64,000 nt of DNA, taken from the NCBI RefSeq assembly GCF_964204645.1, contig NC_134028.1, positions 1,984,001-2,048,000 on the forward strand, written 5' to 3'. Under the pieces are notes generated by a model. The model saw nothing but the letters and a program-made list of their open reading frames with translations. It was not told the origin of the DNA and made no database searches. This stretch comes from Tubulanus polymorphus. Taxonomy: Eukaryota > Animalia > Nemertea. Within the stretch, counting starts at the first letter, position 1; every line of letters starts with the position of its first letter. Made by a program: the position numbers and the translations under genes. This document shows positions 26,701 through 44,044 of the stretch, in pieces.

Positions 26701-29700
26701 TGCAGATGCATGTATTCATTCAACAAACTCGTTGATAAAACAGATTTCAATGCTGCTGTCAGTAAAATGGTCCACGTAATGCCTGACTTGACAACTAGCT
26801 GTCGTAAACGATACGTGACAAATTTGAACGTTGATCAATCGGTCCTGTCAGCGATGGCTGATGTGAAATTGAATAAGGACCAGGTATTTATTTGAGTAAA
26901 CACTGAAAACCCAGTGAACATTGATTCTAACGTTTGCATTCACCGAAAGCTGCAATTTTGTTCTATTTATTTATTTCTAGTGCATCGAACTCACAAAAAG
27001 CTACGTCCAGAATTCAGGGGTAAAACATTACAATTCATTAACATAAGGAGACCATTCCGAATAGTTTCTAATATGTTTTTATTCATGTTTATAGGCTATG
27101 AGTCTGTCGAAGTTTAACGATATACCGAAGACGTGTCGCAAACGACTATCGGCGCAACTGTTCGAACAAGTTCGATCGAGCGTCAGCGACGCAGCATCCG
27201 CTAAACAACTTCTACAATCTACCGATATTGATGACCTTGAAGATGACGCAGACGATGACGATGACGACGACGATAATGATGAGGAAATGATGGAAGATGA
27301 TCCGAAAATAGTGGAAGCGGATTGCTCGTCGAAGTGTGGTCCATCGGGGCAGGATATTCTTACTCTGGAAACGGTACGGTCACCACATGTCCAGGTCGGA
27401 TAAGACAATGAGAAATGCTTCACCGCCTCTTACATATTCTATTTCTATGTGTAACAGGCGAAACAGTTTTATAACCAGTTCGACGGTTCCGGTAAATTAG
27501 CGATGGTGAAATCAAGTATCGGCCGTTTAGTTTCTATGAAAGTTCTGGATGAATTACCGCTCGATGATATCCGCAATATCGACGAAGAACACTGGGATAA
27601 TCAGTTCAGAAAACTTGACAAACGACAGGTCCGTTTACAACCAGCGATAAGTTTCAAACAGCTGATTAGCTTTTATTATATCTGATAGGATGACATTAAT
27701 TAAACAACTTATGAATACTTTCACAAAATATTTCTTCAAACGGCTTTACTTTGAAATATAGAGTAGCAAGTAATGGCAACCAATGCATTGGAAGAGCGAC
27801 TCGCTCCTCAAGTTAAATAATGATAGAACATCTCTAAAATATTCCCTGTGTTTTATGAAATTCATTTGCAAGATTATCATCTTTATTTCGTGATTAGATG
27901 CGGTCGGTTTTTCGTCGGCTGCGACAGTCTCTCGGCTCGTTCACCAGCGTTAATCTATGGAAACTGGGTAAAATGGCGGGAATGCTGAACGCTGAGGAGA
28001 TCAAAACGATATTCAACAACGCGGCCAACAGAACGGAAAGGTCTGAGGTTTTAAGTAGTTTTTGCGACATAGAAGACGAACTCGATGACGATCAGGTAGG
28101 AAAGGATATTATCTTCTATTCTATTTACGAAGATGTTGCGAGAATTTCTTTCATTTTTCTACAGCTCGATGCGTTGACGAACTTGGCGTATGAGGATCTC
28201 GAAACTAATGGTTACGAAATATTAACGGACGAAGAAACAATGTCGGCTCAGGCTTGTCTCCTCAAGAGAATGAAGTAAGTGGCAAATATTCTTGATGTCG
28301 GATTATTTCATCGATGATTTTTAATCTTTTTTCTAATCTTTTCTAATCCAAGATTATTATCATCATATATTATTATGAAGACATTTCTAAATCATTCTGC
28401 CGTTTGAAAACTAGGAAATGAAAGTATCATAATGTTATTAGGTAGAGACATTTTAGGTTTATATCTCAAAATGCTATTTCAGTCCCTACGAACTGGTTCA
28501 ACAACTTGATTCTGCCGAGAATGTTACGGTCATGTGTTCGTTATTGGGATATCAGAAAATGCGCGGTAGACACACTCGAACTCCGTGGCCAAAAATTCGT
28601 CGTGCATTCTATGACATATGCAAAGAAGTGATCATTTATTTAACTTTCTCTTTTCATGTGTCGTGATTATATCATTACTCATCTGTAGATATTTTGTCTT
28701 AACGCGCGCCTTTGTTTTTCGTACGTTACAGGTAATTTCTGATATGCCCTTGTGTTATTTCGGAGATATGGTGTTAGAAGCTACTGCTGAAGAAGTCGCT
28801 AATATGACTGACGAAGATGTCGACGAATGTTGCCCTATCTTACAAATTGAAATAACAGATGGACCGCTGAGAACGGCTTTGAAACAAAGATGCATAAAAA
28901 AGTCAGTGATATTTTTCATATCTTTTGAATAATGATTATTGGATGAAGTTTACCTTTAACGGCCGTCTTGTTTCCAGCCGATCGCTATCTGAGATGAACT
29001 CACTAGATTTTAGTGCAATCGGAGCTTTTCTACTCGAGATGAGCAGCGCAGAGCTAACAGATATCAACCAAGTAAGTAACAGCTTCAAGAAATGGTTGAA
29101 TTCATGAATAATCCAAATGAAAACCATCGAGGGTCTTTTTAGACGGAGATTGCGCCAGTTGTAAATGATGTAATGTCAGATATAAGAGAATTGGAGGTGA
29201 AATGTAGGGAAGACCCGACGAGTGAGGTATGCACGAATATTGAACAGTCGAAACGGAGAATTTTCCCGATTCTATTGAATGCGATACAGAGCATGTCCGA
29301 GGACGAAGCCCGAGAACTATCGGCTAGGAGAAGGCGAAAAAGATCAGGTAGGGATAGAGGAAAAAAATCGAAAGCTTTTTACTCCTCTCTCGTTTCTGTT
29401 TAAATGGCATAACTAATATTTCTATTAAAGTCTGTACCTCGTCATTGAGTTGCGAAACGATAAAAGCGATGGCCGCGAATATTTACGTAACGACAGATAG
29501 TGAAATAAACGGTATGTGCCCGGACGAGTTTACGTGTGCGGCGTGTACATTCGGCAATACCGCGAAATGGGACCAGCCAGAAGTTGCTGCAATCATACGA
29601 CGGGCCGGAAAGGTAAACATAAGTACAGTCAACCCCTGGTATAACGCCCACATCGGTGCAGAACGATTTTGGCGGTATAGAGAGTATGGCGGTATATTGG

Positions 29701-32700
29701 GAGTGTTTTACCTTGGTGTAATCATTTGAATGATACAAATCACTTTGAATTGGGGGGGGGGGGTGGTATATGGGAGGTGGGTATATCAAGGGTTGAGTAT
29801 ATTTCATTGAGAATTTCTGAAATTCACGTACTTTATTAAATGGATATGAATTATATGTCTATATATCATATAGTCTTGGGGAGCTATTTCAACGTGGAGC
29901 ACAGAAAATACCGCTTGTCTGGGTAGCACATTATCAGGGCTAACCGTAACCGAGATCGGAGACCTGAACATGGTTTCTATTGATGTAATCACTTCAGTTG
30001 GAAGATACAGCCTTTGGACTGAAGCACAGGTAACGAATTCCTGTGAGAAACCTATATAAAACTCACTTCAAAACTTATCTTAGGAAAAGCATAAATGCAT
30101 TATATCTATTGTTATTCATAAAGGGACAAGCGCTGTTAGATAGATGGATGGAACAGAACAATAAAACCGTGTCAACTTTGAGTGGGACTGATCTACAAGC
30201 GATTGGGAAACTAATGTGCAGTATGTCTTCCGAAAATATCACATCACTGGATCAAACTTCTTACCGGTAATTATCATTCATTCCTCTTCGATATCGCAAC
30301 ATCCCAATCTGAGACTGGTAGCTTTTTTTTTATTTCAGTGATGCCATCGTTTCGCTTGGTGGATTATCCTGTTTGAATAATTCACGCCTCGAAGCTCTGA
30401 AGTCCAAAGCTTTAAGTGTTTACGGAAGTTTGGCATCTTGGGGGCCAACTACCATTTCAGCTTCGGGAAAAATACTAAGTAAGTAGTATCAAAAGGAATG
30501 TGAATCGTTGGTTTTACCTTTCCCGCCTGAGATGAACGTCGTACTAGCTCTGATTCTCATGATTTGCTTTTTTCAGCTGTCCTCTCAACCAATGAAGTAC
30601 AAGCGTTGACAGCCGTACAGATAATCGCCATCTCTCCAACAGTTTTTGCTAATATGGCTAATATTGCAGTAAGACATACGAGAGTCAAAGTCTGTTATGA
30701 TGCTATCCTAAATGCCATCGCTCGCTTCACGCCAACATTTTCAGAGAACAAATTTTGCTCCATCTAACTCTAATTCGATGAAAATACTAAAACACAAATT
30801 TAGTTATAACGCCATGTTTCCAACGGTGGCATTAAAACAGACTTCGACTGTAGATTAGCGTGTGCTGCTTGCCATAAAAATCGGAATCTATTTGTCACGA
30901 TCATTTTCTCAACAGAGTTTCACCAGTGATCAAATGTTGAATGTGACCTCGGCGCAAGCATTAGCGGTCAGCAACTCGACTCTTGACAGTCTTTCAAACG
31001 AAACCAAAACGATCCTGGAAAACAAACGGCAACCGGATGAAGATGAGCTGGTTGTCAATATACTAGTAGACGTGACTGGAGCTACACCAACTGGTGAAAC
31101 TAATACAACTACCCCTACTACTGGTCAAACTAATACAACTACACCTACCACTGTGACAAGTGATACGACTTCAACTATCACTGATGGCACAGATTCCACT
31201 CAGAGAACCTCAACTCGCAATCCTGTATCTAGTAAGTCAATATCAAATTGGTCCTTTCTAAACAAATAACTAAAATCTTATAACGTGATCCGATAAATAA
31301 CCTGTTCTTCAGCGTCTTCGCAAAGTTTTGTTAGATCATCGTCCGGTGCTCCGGGCACGACGCAAACAGCAAGTACAAACCATCACAGTACAACTCATGC
31401 TTATACGAACCACACGTCATCGAGCTCAACTACTGCAACAGCAACTCATAGTTCTACTGTTGCAATGTCTACCGCTTCCACCGTAACTACGATGATTCCA
31501 ACTACAATGCCCGCAATTACTCCACCACCGCAAATAAACATCGATTCCATACAGGTATACTTATAAGTTTCATCTATCTTTTCTATATTACTGCAAAAAT
31601 ATTCGAAATTCATTCTTTTTTTCAGATAAGTATCGCTGGTCTGTCATCTGTTGATACTGCATCAATGAGCTCGGTTGATAAAGAAGGTCTTACAGCTCGT
31701 GTTTCCGCAGAGCTCTCTACTAAAATAAACAATGGAATGATCACTACTGACTTTCTTAAAAAGTAAGTGATCATTGTTTTTATCAAGAGCCGCATATCGT
31801 GAAAATCTGGATAGATTTTCTCATATACGGGTCCATTTTTCAGCGCTTTGAAATTCACTAATACTGAGACATTGGCGAGGTTATCCACCACACAACTCAA
31901 GGAAGCATTCAAAAACATGACTGAAACAGAAATTGCGAAAGTAGTGAGTATTAGGGAGACGAGCACTGTGGACAAAGATTACTTTATTAGAAATAGCACG
32001 ATGTTAATAGCCTTCCAACTTCTTTTTCCAGCCTAAAAGTGTGCAGCAATCAATTGGTAATCGGGTCGGCAAAGAACTGGTCACAAATATGGCGAGCATG
32101 TCCACATCAGATAAACAAGCTGCAATTATAAGCAACAAACAAATGTTGGCTACTCTTCCACGGAGCGATATCATTTCCATGATTAGTAACATGGTAGTGG
32201 ATTATTCAATGATGAAACAACTTGCCAGCGTTGCTCTTGGCAAAGATGCGTCTAAGGTCCTAATGCAGAAGTTTCTAGCAGTTGTAAGTACTACCCCGTG
32301 TTTGTCCAAAACGGGTCATTGCCGGCGTGTAATTTCTTGTTTTTCTTTCGGTTAGACTCCAACTGCGAACCTAACCTATACCGTCATCGCAAACTTACCA
32401 GCATCTTGTACCGCTGTTATGCCAGTAAAGACCTTAAAGGATATTAGTAAAACAGAAGTGCTTCAAGCGCTTGGACATTTTATCAACGGAGCAGATGAAA
32501 TGGGTTTTTCTGGCAGACCATTGACTGTTGACCCAACATTAGTTTCGGTGTCCGATAAGGTATAATCACTACGAAATAACTGAAACATTTTGAATATTAA
32601 AAGAAAGATGTCCTGGACATTGTGAAATTGGTTGTCTTCTGTCGTAGATATCCCCGCTTTCATCATTGGGCTCAACGGATTGGCAGAAAATAGTCGAAAG

Positions 32701-35700
32701 CACTCAAATGGTAAAAGTTCTCAAAGTTGAGGATATAAACGCGGCTAACTCCGCTAAAATATGTCTAACAACTGCTCATACATCGAGTATGGATCGAAGC
32801 CAGGTTTGTACTTAAAAGAAACGCAAATAATCGATTGGATTGGTAAAATGTCTGACAAATCCAAAAAACAGTACGTATATGATCTCGTGTATATCATTTC
32901 AGTGTTCAGCATTTTTTGCAAAGTGCAAATCTACTTTCGGTTCCGTTTCTACTCAATCTGCCAAGTACGGGGCTTGTATCAGCGGTATAACTGAGGCCGA
33001 TATAGACTCTACCAATAACGCAGTCGAAATCGCCAAACATTTATGTCCCTATGCAGAACATTTGACAGATAACCAGGTATAATCAGACGATGAACGTAAT
33101 CACCTTCGTTGTTCTTGTAGGAATATGATCAGTTCAGGGAAAAGTTGGAATAGATCAATCATGATTATGTATTTGCTTTTTTCTTTAGCTAACAAAAATG
33201 TCGACCAAGCTCCGTTCAAATTTAGTTGCATCAATCACTGATTCTGTTGCGGCCGAGAAACTGTCCTGCTTCGTCAAACTGTTACCGTAAGTGGAACTTC
33301 GAGACCTTTCTACCTTTGCCAAAAACTAGAATTTGAATAATGTGTATGATGAAAATAATGCGACATTTCGGTGTTCAGGGTCACAACAATATCGACGTCT
33401 GGGAATGCTGGTTCGCTATGTTTGTCGCTAGGTTATACCGAAATGGATTCCGTTAATGACACGACATTATCCGAAATGAAAACTACTTGTTTACAGGTTG
33501 GTTTAAACGAAATGATATAAGATACATAAAGATATATCGGCTTTGCTATTTCAACGTGGCGTCGTTAATGATCATTTCAGACGACTACGCAGTTGCAGTA
33601 CTTGGGTCAACTGCTCAGGAGTCTGACGCAAGCGGAACTAACGGCGAGATCGGACGCAGAGATTCTTGCTGGTTTAGATAAGTTACAACTGTATATGGTA
33701 GATGCAACTGCTCGGTCGTACCTAGCTAATCGAGCCCTCAATCTTCTTCTGTAAGTGACCCACCTCCAATTTCTCATGCGATTATCTCTATCAGAAATTT
33801 TTCCCTGTAATTCGGTACGAATAAAAACACAATTTTACTATTTTCGACGAAGGAATGGAAGTGTCGACTACAGTACATTGACTGCAGTCCATTTGACACA
33901 ATTGGGTACACTACTGATGGAACTATCTAACTCGATTTTGCAAGGCCTTAAAAAGGTACAGATAACTTTGGTGGTTTCATTTCGATAAGCTTTAGAAATT
34001 TTACCATTTTGCTTACGTCTTGTGCTGATATTTCTCTCATGTTACAGACTGAATTAAGCCAGTCGCTTTCAACTATTGCTGGGTATTTTGCCACCCAGGA
34101 TAATTCCTGTGCGACACGAATCAGTTATGGTTATTCCGACGCATTCTGTTCGAACAGCGCCAATAAACGATCCAATCTAATCAACTTTATGATCAGCGCC
34201 AGCGCTTCAAATAGTAGACGAAGAAAGAGGTGTAGGTTTTCAAAGGAAATCTATAAATCTATAAATATATCGAAATATATTGAATTTCCAATAGATTTGT
34301 TTCGGATTCGAATTTTGCATTTCAGCAACTTGTGCATCTACAACGCTGACTTGTAATCAAATCAAAGATTTGGGATCAGCTGCATCTTCTCTGACCACGG
34401 CACAAATCGAAGGTCTCTGTCAAACGGAATATGAAAATTGTGCTGAAACGTTGGGAATGATCAACGATTTTACATATACCCAGTGGCAGTATGTAGCTGG
34501 TCGGGCTAAAGCGGTAAGTATTCAATTAATTTTCATTTTTGCATCGTTGACGAAATTGTGATCATCTTGGCAACATAGATCATCTTGTGAAATATGTTAT
34601 CTTGTAGTATTTTGGGAGTCCGTCTACTTGGACAAGCTCGCAAATAGCCCAGGTCGGCGGAGGTGTCGTCGGTTTGACGGATGCTGAAATCGCTACTTTG
34701 GAAATATCAACAGTAGAATCGGCGTATGCAATTGGTCAATCGCGAGGCTGGGATTCGCATCCCAACCCCGCTTATGCGGTTAGTTCATAATGATTGATTA
34801 TTCACTAATATCGTTCGTGGCTTCTCAATTTCTGCTTTTATTTCTCTGCTTTTTTTGTATGATGCTATCTTTTGTTGAAGTTGGTGAAGTTGTTCGAGCA
34901 GTTTTTAAATTGGACACATGCGAATCAAGTTTCGAGTATCTCAACAACGGATATGCGTTTAATACTGAATATCGCGTGCGGAGCTCAGCCTGAAACTCAT
35001 ATCGATATCATGCCTCATACAGTCGTCGGGTACAAATCATATTTCTTATTACGTAAATCTTAAGTTTCTTTCGTTTAATTGTCACGTTTTAACGAAAAAT
35101 AGCGCGTTCGTTTTCCGCGTTTTAGGTGTTTGTAAAAAAAACACACCAAATCCTATGAGCATGATGTCTCATCGCCTGTGATATCGTCTTATTTTTCTAT
35201 AACAGACCCGCAACGCGTGAACTGGGATTACTGAAAACTTGTAGCTTCAATCAACTCACTAAATATGCCGGAAAAGCGGCCGAATATTACGGAGGTGATG
35301 CTGAAACGTGGTCAAATGCCCAAGTCTCAAATCTTGGACATCTTTTGGGTGAGTGTTGGAGTCGATCAAAATATATACATGGAAGGTGACTATATTGGTT
35401 TTAGTAACCAATCGGGCAGCATGCTGATATTTGACCACGAAATGATGTGAAATGTTTTTTGATTATCAATCATAGGTGGTTTACCTAAAAACCAACTGAG
35501 TAGATTAACGACGACTCAAATAGCGCAGATTTCCCGCGCCGTCATTGCTAAAATACCACCCACTCAATTTACTGTAAGTATGAAAGATCTGAATATATAC
35601 GAACTTTTCTTCGCATTTCTAAGTCATAAAAACGAAATGATTTTCTCTATTTTCATTTTTCTCCTAGGCTTTTACTGCAACGCAACTTCGTTCATTTTCT

Positions 35701-35986
35701 ACCACTCAAGCGATAATGGTTACTGATCCACAATATAACGCTCTCGGAGGTAGTCAGAAAACGGCTATTGATACGGTTCTTCAGACAGCGGGTGTCGGCA
35801 ATTCGAAAGGTAACGTAGCCGTACCGCTTAGAGAATCGTCACAACGTATTGAAAATTAGTTTTATCATCATTTCTATTCATCCTTGTGAATTTTTAGATG
35901 GCGGCGCTTCTGTTGCGAAACCGACTGCTCTATTCGTCGCAGTAACGTTCTGGATCAGCTGCGTTCTAATTACTTGGGGACAATAG
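23707..35986 (+). CDS. Large GPI-anchored otoancorin/stereocilin/mesothelin-superfamily-like protein with two tandem modules and a mucin-like linker (many short exons)
   Basis: Signal peptide MRLSLDLITYLAVSAVLIVMAVSWS; helical repeats such as WGAISTWSTENTACLGSTLSGLTVTEIGDL, LSGTDLQAIGKLMCSM, ISPTVF, FTATQLRSFSTTQA; two R-x-K-R sites; C-terminal hydrophobic tail GGASVAKPTALFVAVTFWISCVLITWGQ*; N-terminal exon set less certain. Confidence 0.75.
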
Positions 35987-36350
35987 AGCTTCACATGTTT
36001 GTCGTGTTTGATCAAGTTAATAAAAATAAAAACGTTCACCGGCACGAACAATTAACTATATGGTATTTTTTAAATAAATGTAGCTAATAATGCGATATCA
36101 TCTCTTTGAATGATGCCCTTTCATTTCAAATGTATAAATTTCTTTTCAATACATTTTTTGTTTTTCACTTAAGATCGGTTAATCGAATAACATATGTATA
36201 AACGTATATTGCATGTATGAAATATTTTACAATTCGATTTTTAAATAGACAATCACTGCCACATTTATAATAAAGGTACCGGTACATAAATTTACAGTTT
36301 CGGGTTGGTTGTTTACATAACATATAGACGCTCACAATCGCAAAGCGTTA

Positions 36351-36412
36351 AGCCAAACGCACACGACGCTGGGAAACTGGGAACTGTTTCCCTGCGCCGT
36401 GTGCGTTGGGCT
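36351..36412. repeat. Short palindromic element (half copy also at ~2401-2430)
   Basis: AGCCAAACGCACACGACGCTGGGAAAC ... GTTTCCCTGCGCCGTGTGCGTTGGGCT hairpin; AAGCCCAACGCACACGATGCTGAGAAAC at 2402. Confidence 0.6.
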
Positions 36413-37081
36413 GAAGTTTCATTATTTATCCTTGTAACGAAGTTTTTAAATTATGTCAATGTGATTTTATATATCCAATAAAGATTTCTGTGATCTTAGT
36501 CGAGTAAGATGGTGTTACGTATTTGCAATTACCACAGTCAATCTGTCGTTACTAAGGCGGAACTGGGGAATTTCTACAGCATCCTAGATTTTCTACAATT
36601 GTCCTGGTTCTAGGGTCAAATCAACTAATACCGGAAGCTGTGTCTATTGATCAGATGGTTGCAGGGGACTGGCTTTACCCGGTAAGTGGCCTTTGCTGCA
36701 ACGATCTCGGGGACAACGTTCCTCAAGAGTATGTTCGTCAATTCATCTACTCACAAAATCATCTGCCTCTTAACGTGTCCATTCAAACTCTTATAATCCG
36801 ATTGATCCATACAAAAATAATCAAACGACAAATTCGTTTTATCATCATACATATCTAAAATAAGTCACATGTTTTATTTTCATTAACAATTCCCATAATT
36901 TCAAATGCTCGATTGTTTTTAGAAAACATGATATTAACAAGAGAAAAACTAAAGCACACCACTGCAAATATCGAGGTATTTATCGTATAGCACAGAGAGC
37001 CAGTACTGAGCTAATGAAATACAGTCTATATATAATGCACAATTCCGTTGTCACTAATTACCGGGTACACAATTTTTGTAA

Positions 37082-40622
<3,541 letters not shown>

Positions 40623-40830
40623 GATGGTTTACTTCCTGGTTTGTCAGCTCAGTCCGAAAGATGGCGCATTCGTCGTAGACGCAATGGTAACGTGTACAAT
40701 CCGGATCTGGCTTCGGAGCATATCTATGGAAGCCCTGAGACGACATTGCCAGTTGCTTTAGTAGTTACCAGTTGCGAGTTGAGCGTAAACAACTGTCAAC
40801 GGCCCAGTGTAATGTGCAGTGTCGGAACGT
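40623..40830. promoter_or_regulatory. Probable (bidirectional) promoter between IVD and NAT9
   Basis: Head-to-head genes; ETS-like ACTTCCTG (~40631) and YY1-like AAGATGGCG (~40658) just upstream of the IVD ATG. Confidence 0.35.
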
Positions 40831-41907
40831 ATGGTTTTGTGCTGTTGATATAATCCCATCTGACTAAGCTTGTCGGCAGACCAGTTGGTGGGATTATTTT
40901 TTTCGGTTGAAAAAAAGAAGTAGATTGCAAGAATAAAACACAGAAAGATTTTCATAAAAAGGTTTAACACCTAAATCGATTTAATTTCTTCATTAAATCA
41001 GTTTATCTGTAGTTAATCGATTCAGGCCCCAATCCAGGATTTGCTATATTAAACTTAACTAAACGAATGACAAATTTTAAAATCAATCATATTTATTCTC
41101 ATACAACAATTATACAAAATGCCAGGAATGCTCGAGGAATTATAACGTAAGCTCCTCAAACACGTGGTAAAACAACTAGTCCAACCACCATACGGGCGTA
41201 TAAACTATAAACGAGAGTTTATACGCCCATGTCATGGTTCAATTGACATGAACATGTCGTTTTATCCCACAACAACAATTATACCTAAATGACAGGTATT
41301 TGTACTTGAGGAAGTGCCCCATTTACAAAAACATGACCTGTATTTAAAAAAAAGTCTCCAACATAAAAAAATCAAAACCAGAGATAAAAACACAAATTCA
41401 AACTGGAAAGCTTATGATTAACTAAACATTTGATTTAATTTTCATCAACTTTATTTTACAAGAAAACTAGTCTTGCCACCTTGGCTCAGAAATGATCAAA
41501 TTGGTTATTTTCTCACATGTTACATTTATATGAAGTATTTTGGAGGTATCCTCTTATATGCAATAAACAAGATAAAATTTTTCACCTGTCAATCTGAATA
41601 CAGCTAGCACAATCTACTAATTAACACTTCATATATCCTCATTTATCAGGAGACTGCTCCTCTATTTTCCATAAGGACCTTAATAAAAATAGTAATTTTT
41701 GAACCACTGAAAAGCACCACAGTGAAAAAGTTGCCCACTCGATGCAAGGGATGAATGTGTCACAATCGCACTGTGGTTTGTGAAAATATCCGATCGTGAA
41801 ACTAAACCACAGACAGGTTACTGACTACTAGCAACTGGCAACGTCGTCTCAGGGCTTACATACATGTCGTGTGGCCTAGCGGACGGATACGCGCGCTGTT
41901 AATAAGT

Positions 41908-41987
41908 CGTATCTCGTATGTCATATGTTGTATCTCGTATGTTATATCTCGTATCTTGTATGTTGTATGTTGTATCTCGTATGTTGT
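41908..41987. repeat. Degenerate 7-bp-unit tandem repeat (GTATCTC/GTATGTT)
   Basis: gtatctc-gtatgtc-atatgtt-gtatctc-gtatgtt... about 11 units. Confidence 0.8.
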
Positions 41988-42071
41988 TGAATTGAATTGT
42001 CTCAGGTCTTCCATACTCTTAATCAGCAGCTATGTCTTAAGATTGTCCTAGGCCTAACGTTAGATGGAGAA

Positions 42072-43311
<1,240 letters not shown>

Positions 43312-44044
43312 CATAGTCAATAAGTTTAAATAAACATTTCTGCATTTGAATTAACACATTTCTCATATCTCAGGAATTAGGCATCGATGGAGAATGTGAG
43401 GAAATTTTGTGGTCATCGTTGATATTTCTTGGAAAGGACGAACATTTCTCGCGGTATCCTTGAACATGAAAACAACAAAGATCATTAATCTATATTTATA
43501 TAAATTGTGATATATTCACAGAAAAATCTTGATATTTTACACAAACAATTAACTTTATAATGCAATGTGTATGCAGCATGCATTTTAGACTAAAAAAAAA
43601 GAAGAACAATAGAAAATATAATTATCAATAAATTTAACTTCAACTTCTTCATACACGTACAAACATTCCACAGTTCTTAATTACAATCATACTTTTCAGT
43701 TGATAACTAAACATCTATTCAGGACGGATTTTGTGTCGTTGAAAAAAAATTATATCGTGTAAAAAATAAATGATAAATGCACGGCTAGTTAGTCGTGCGC
43801 ATGAAATATAAATAATTATTCCTAATGAATTTTATACCTATTCAATAAAAAATAGTTTTCATTTCAAAAAGTTATTCTGTTTTTATTTTTGGCTTTCAAA
43901 CCGAAGAGAATAGTCTTTTATCTGAAATATGCAATTATAGAATAACTCGTCAATCAAAGGTTCTATCAAAAGTAAAGATTGATATAAGGAAATTACACGA
44001 AGAATTTGTCTACAATAGTCTGACGTTCTCTTGGACGGAATTGA

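Noticed and set aside
29752-29792. G-run / G-quadruplex-like tract
   Set aside because: Single intronic homopolymer with no further evidence of function
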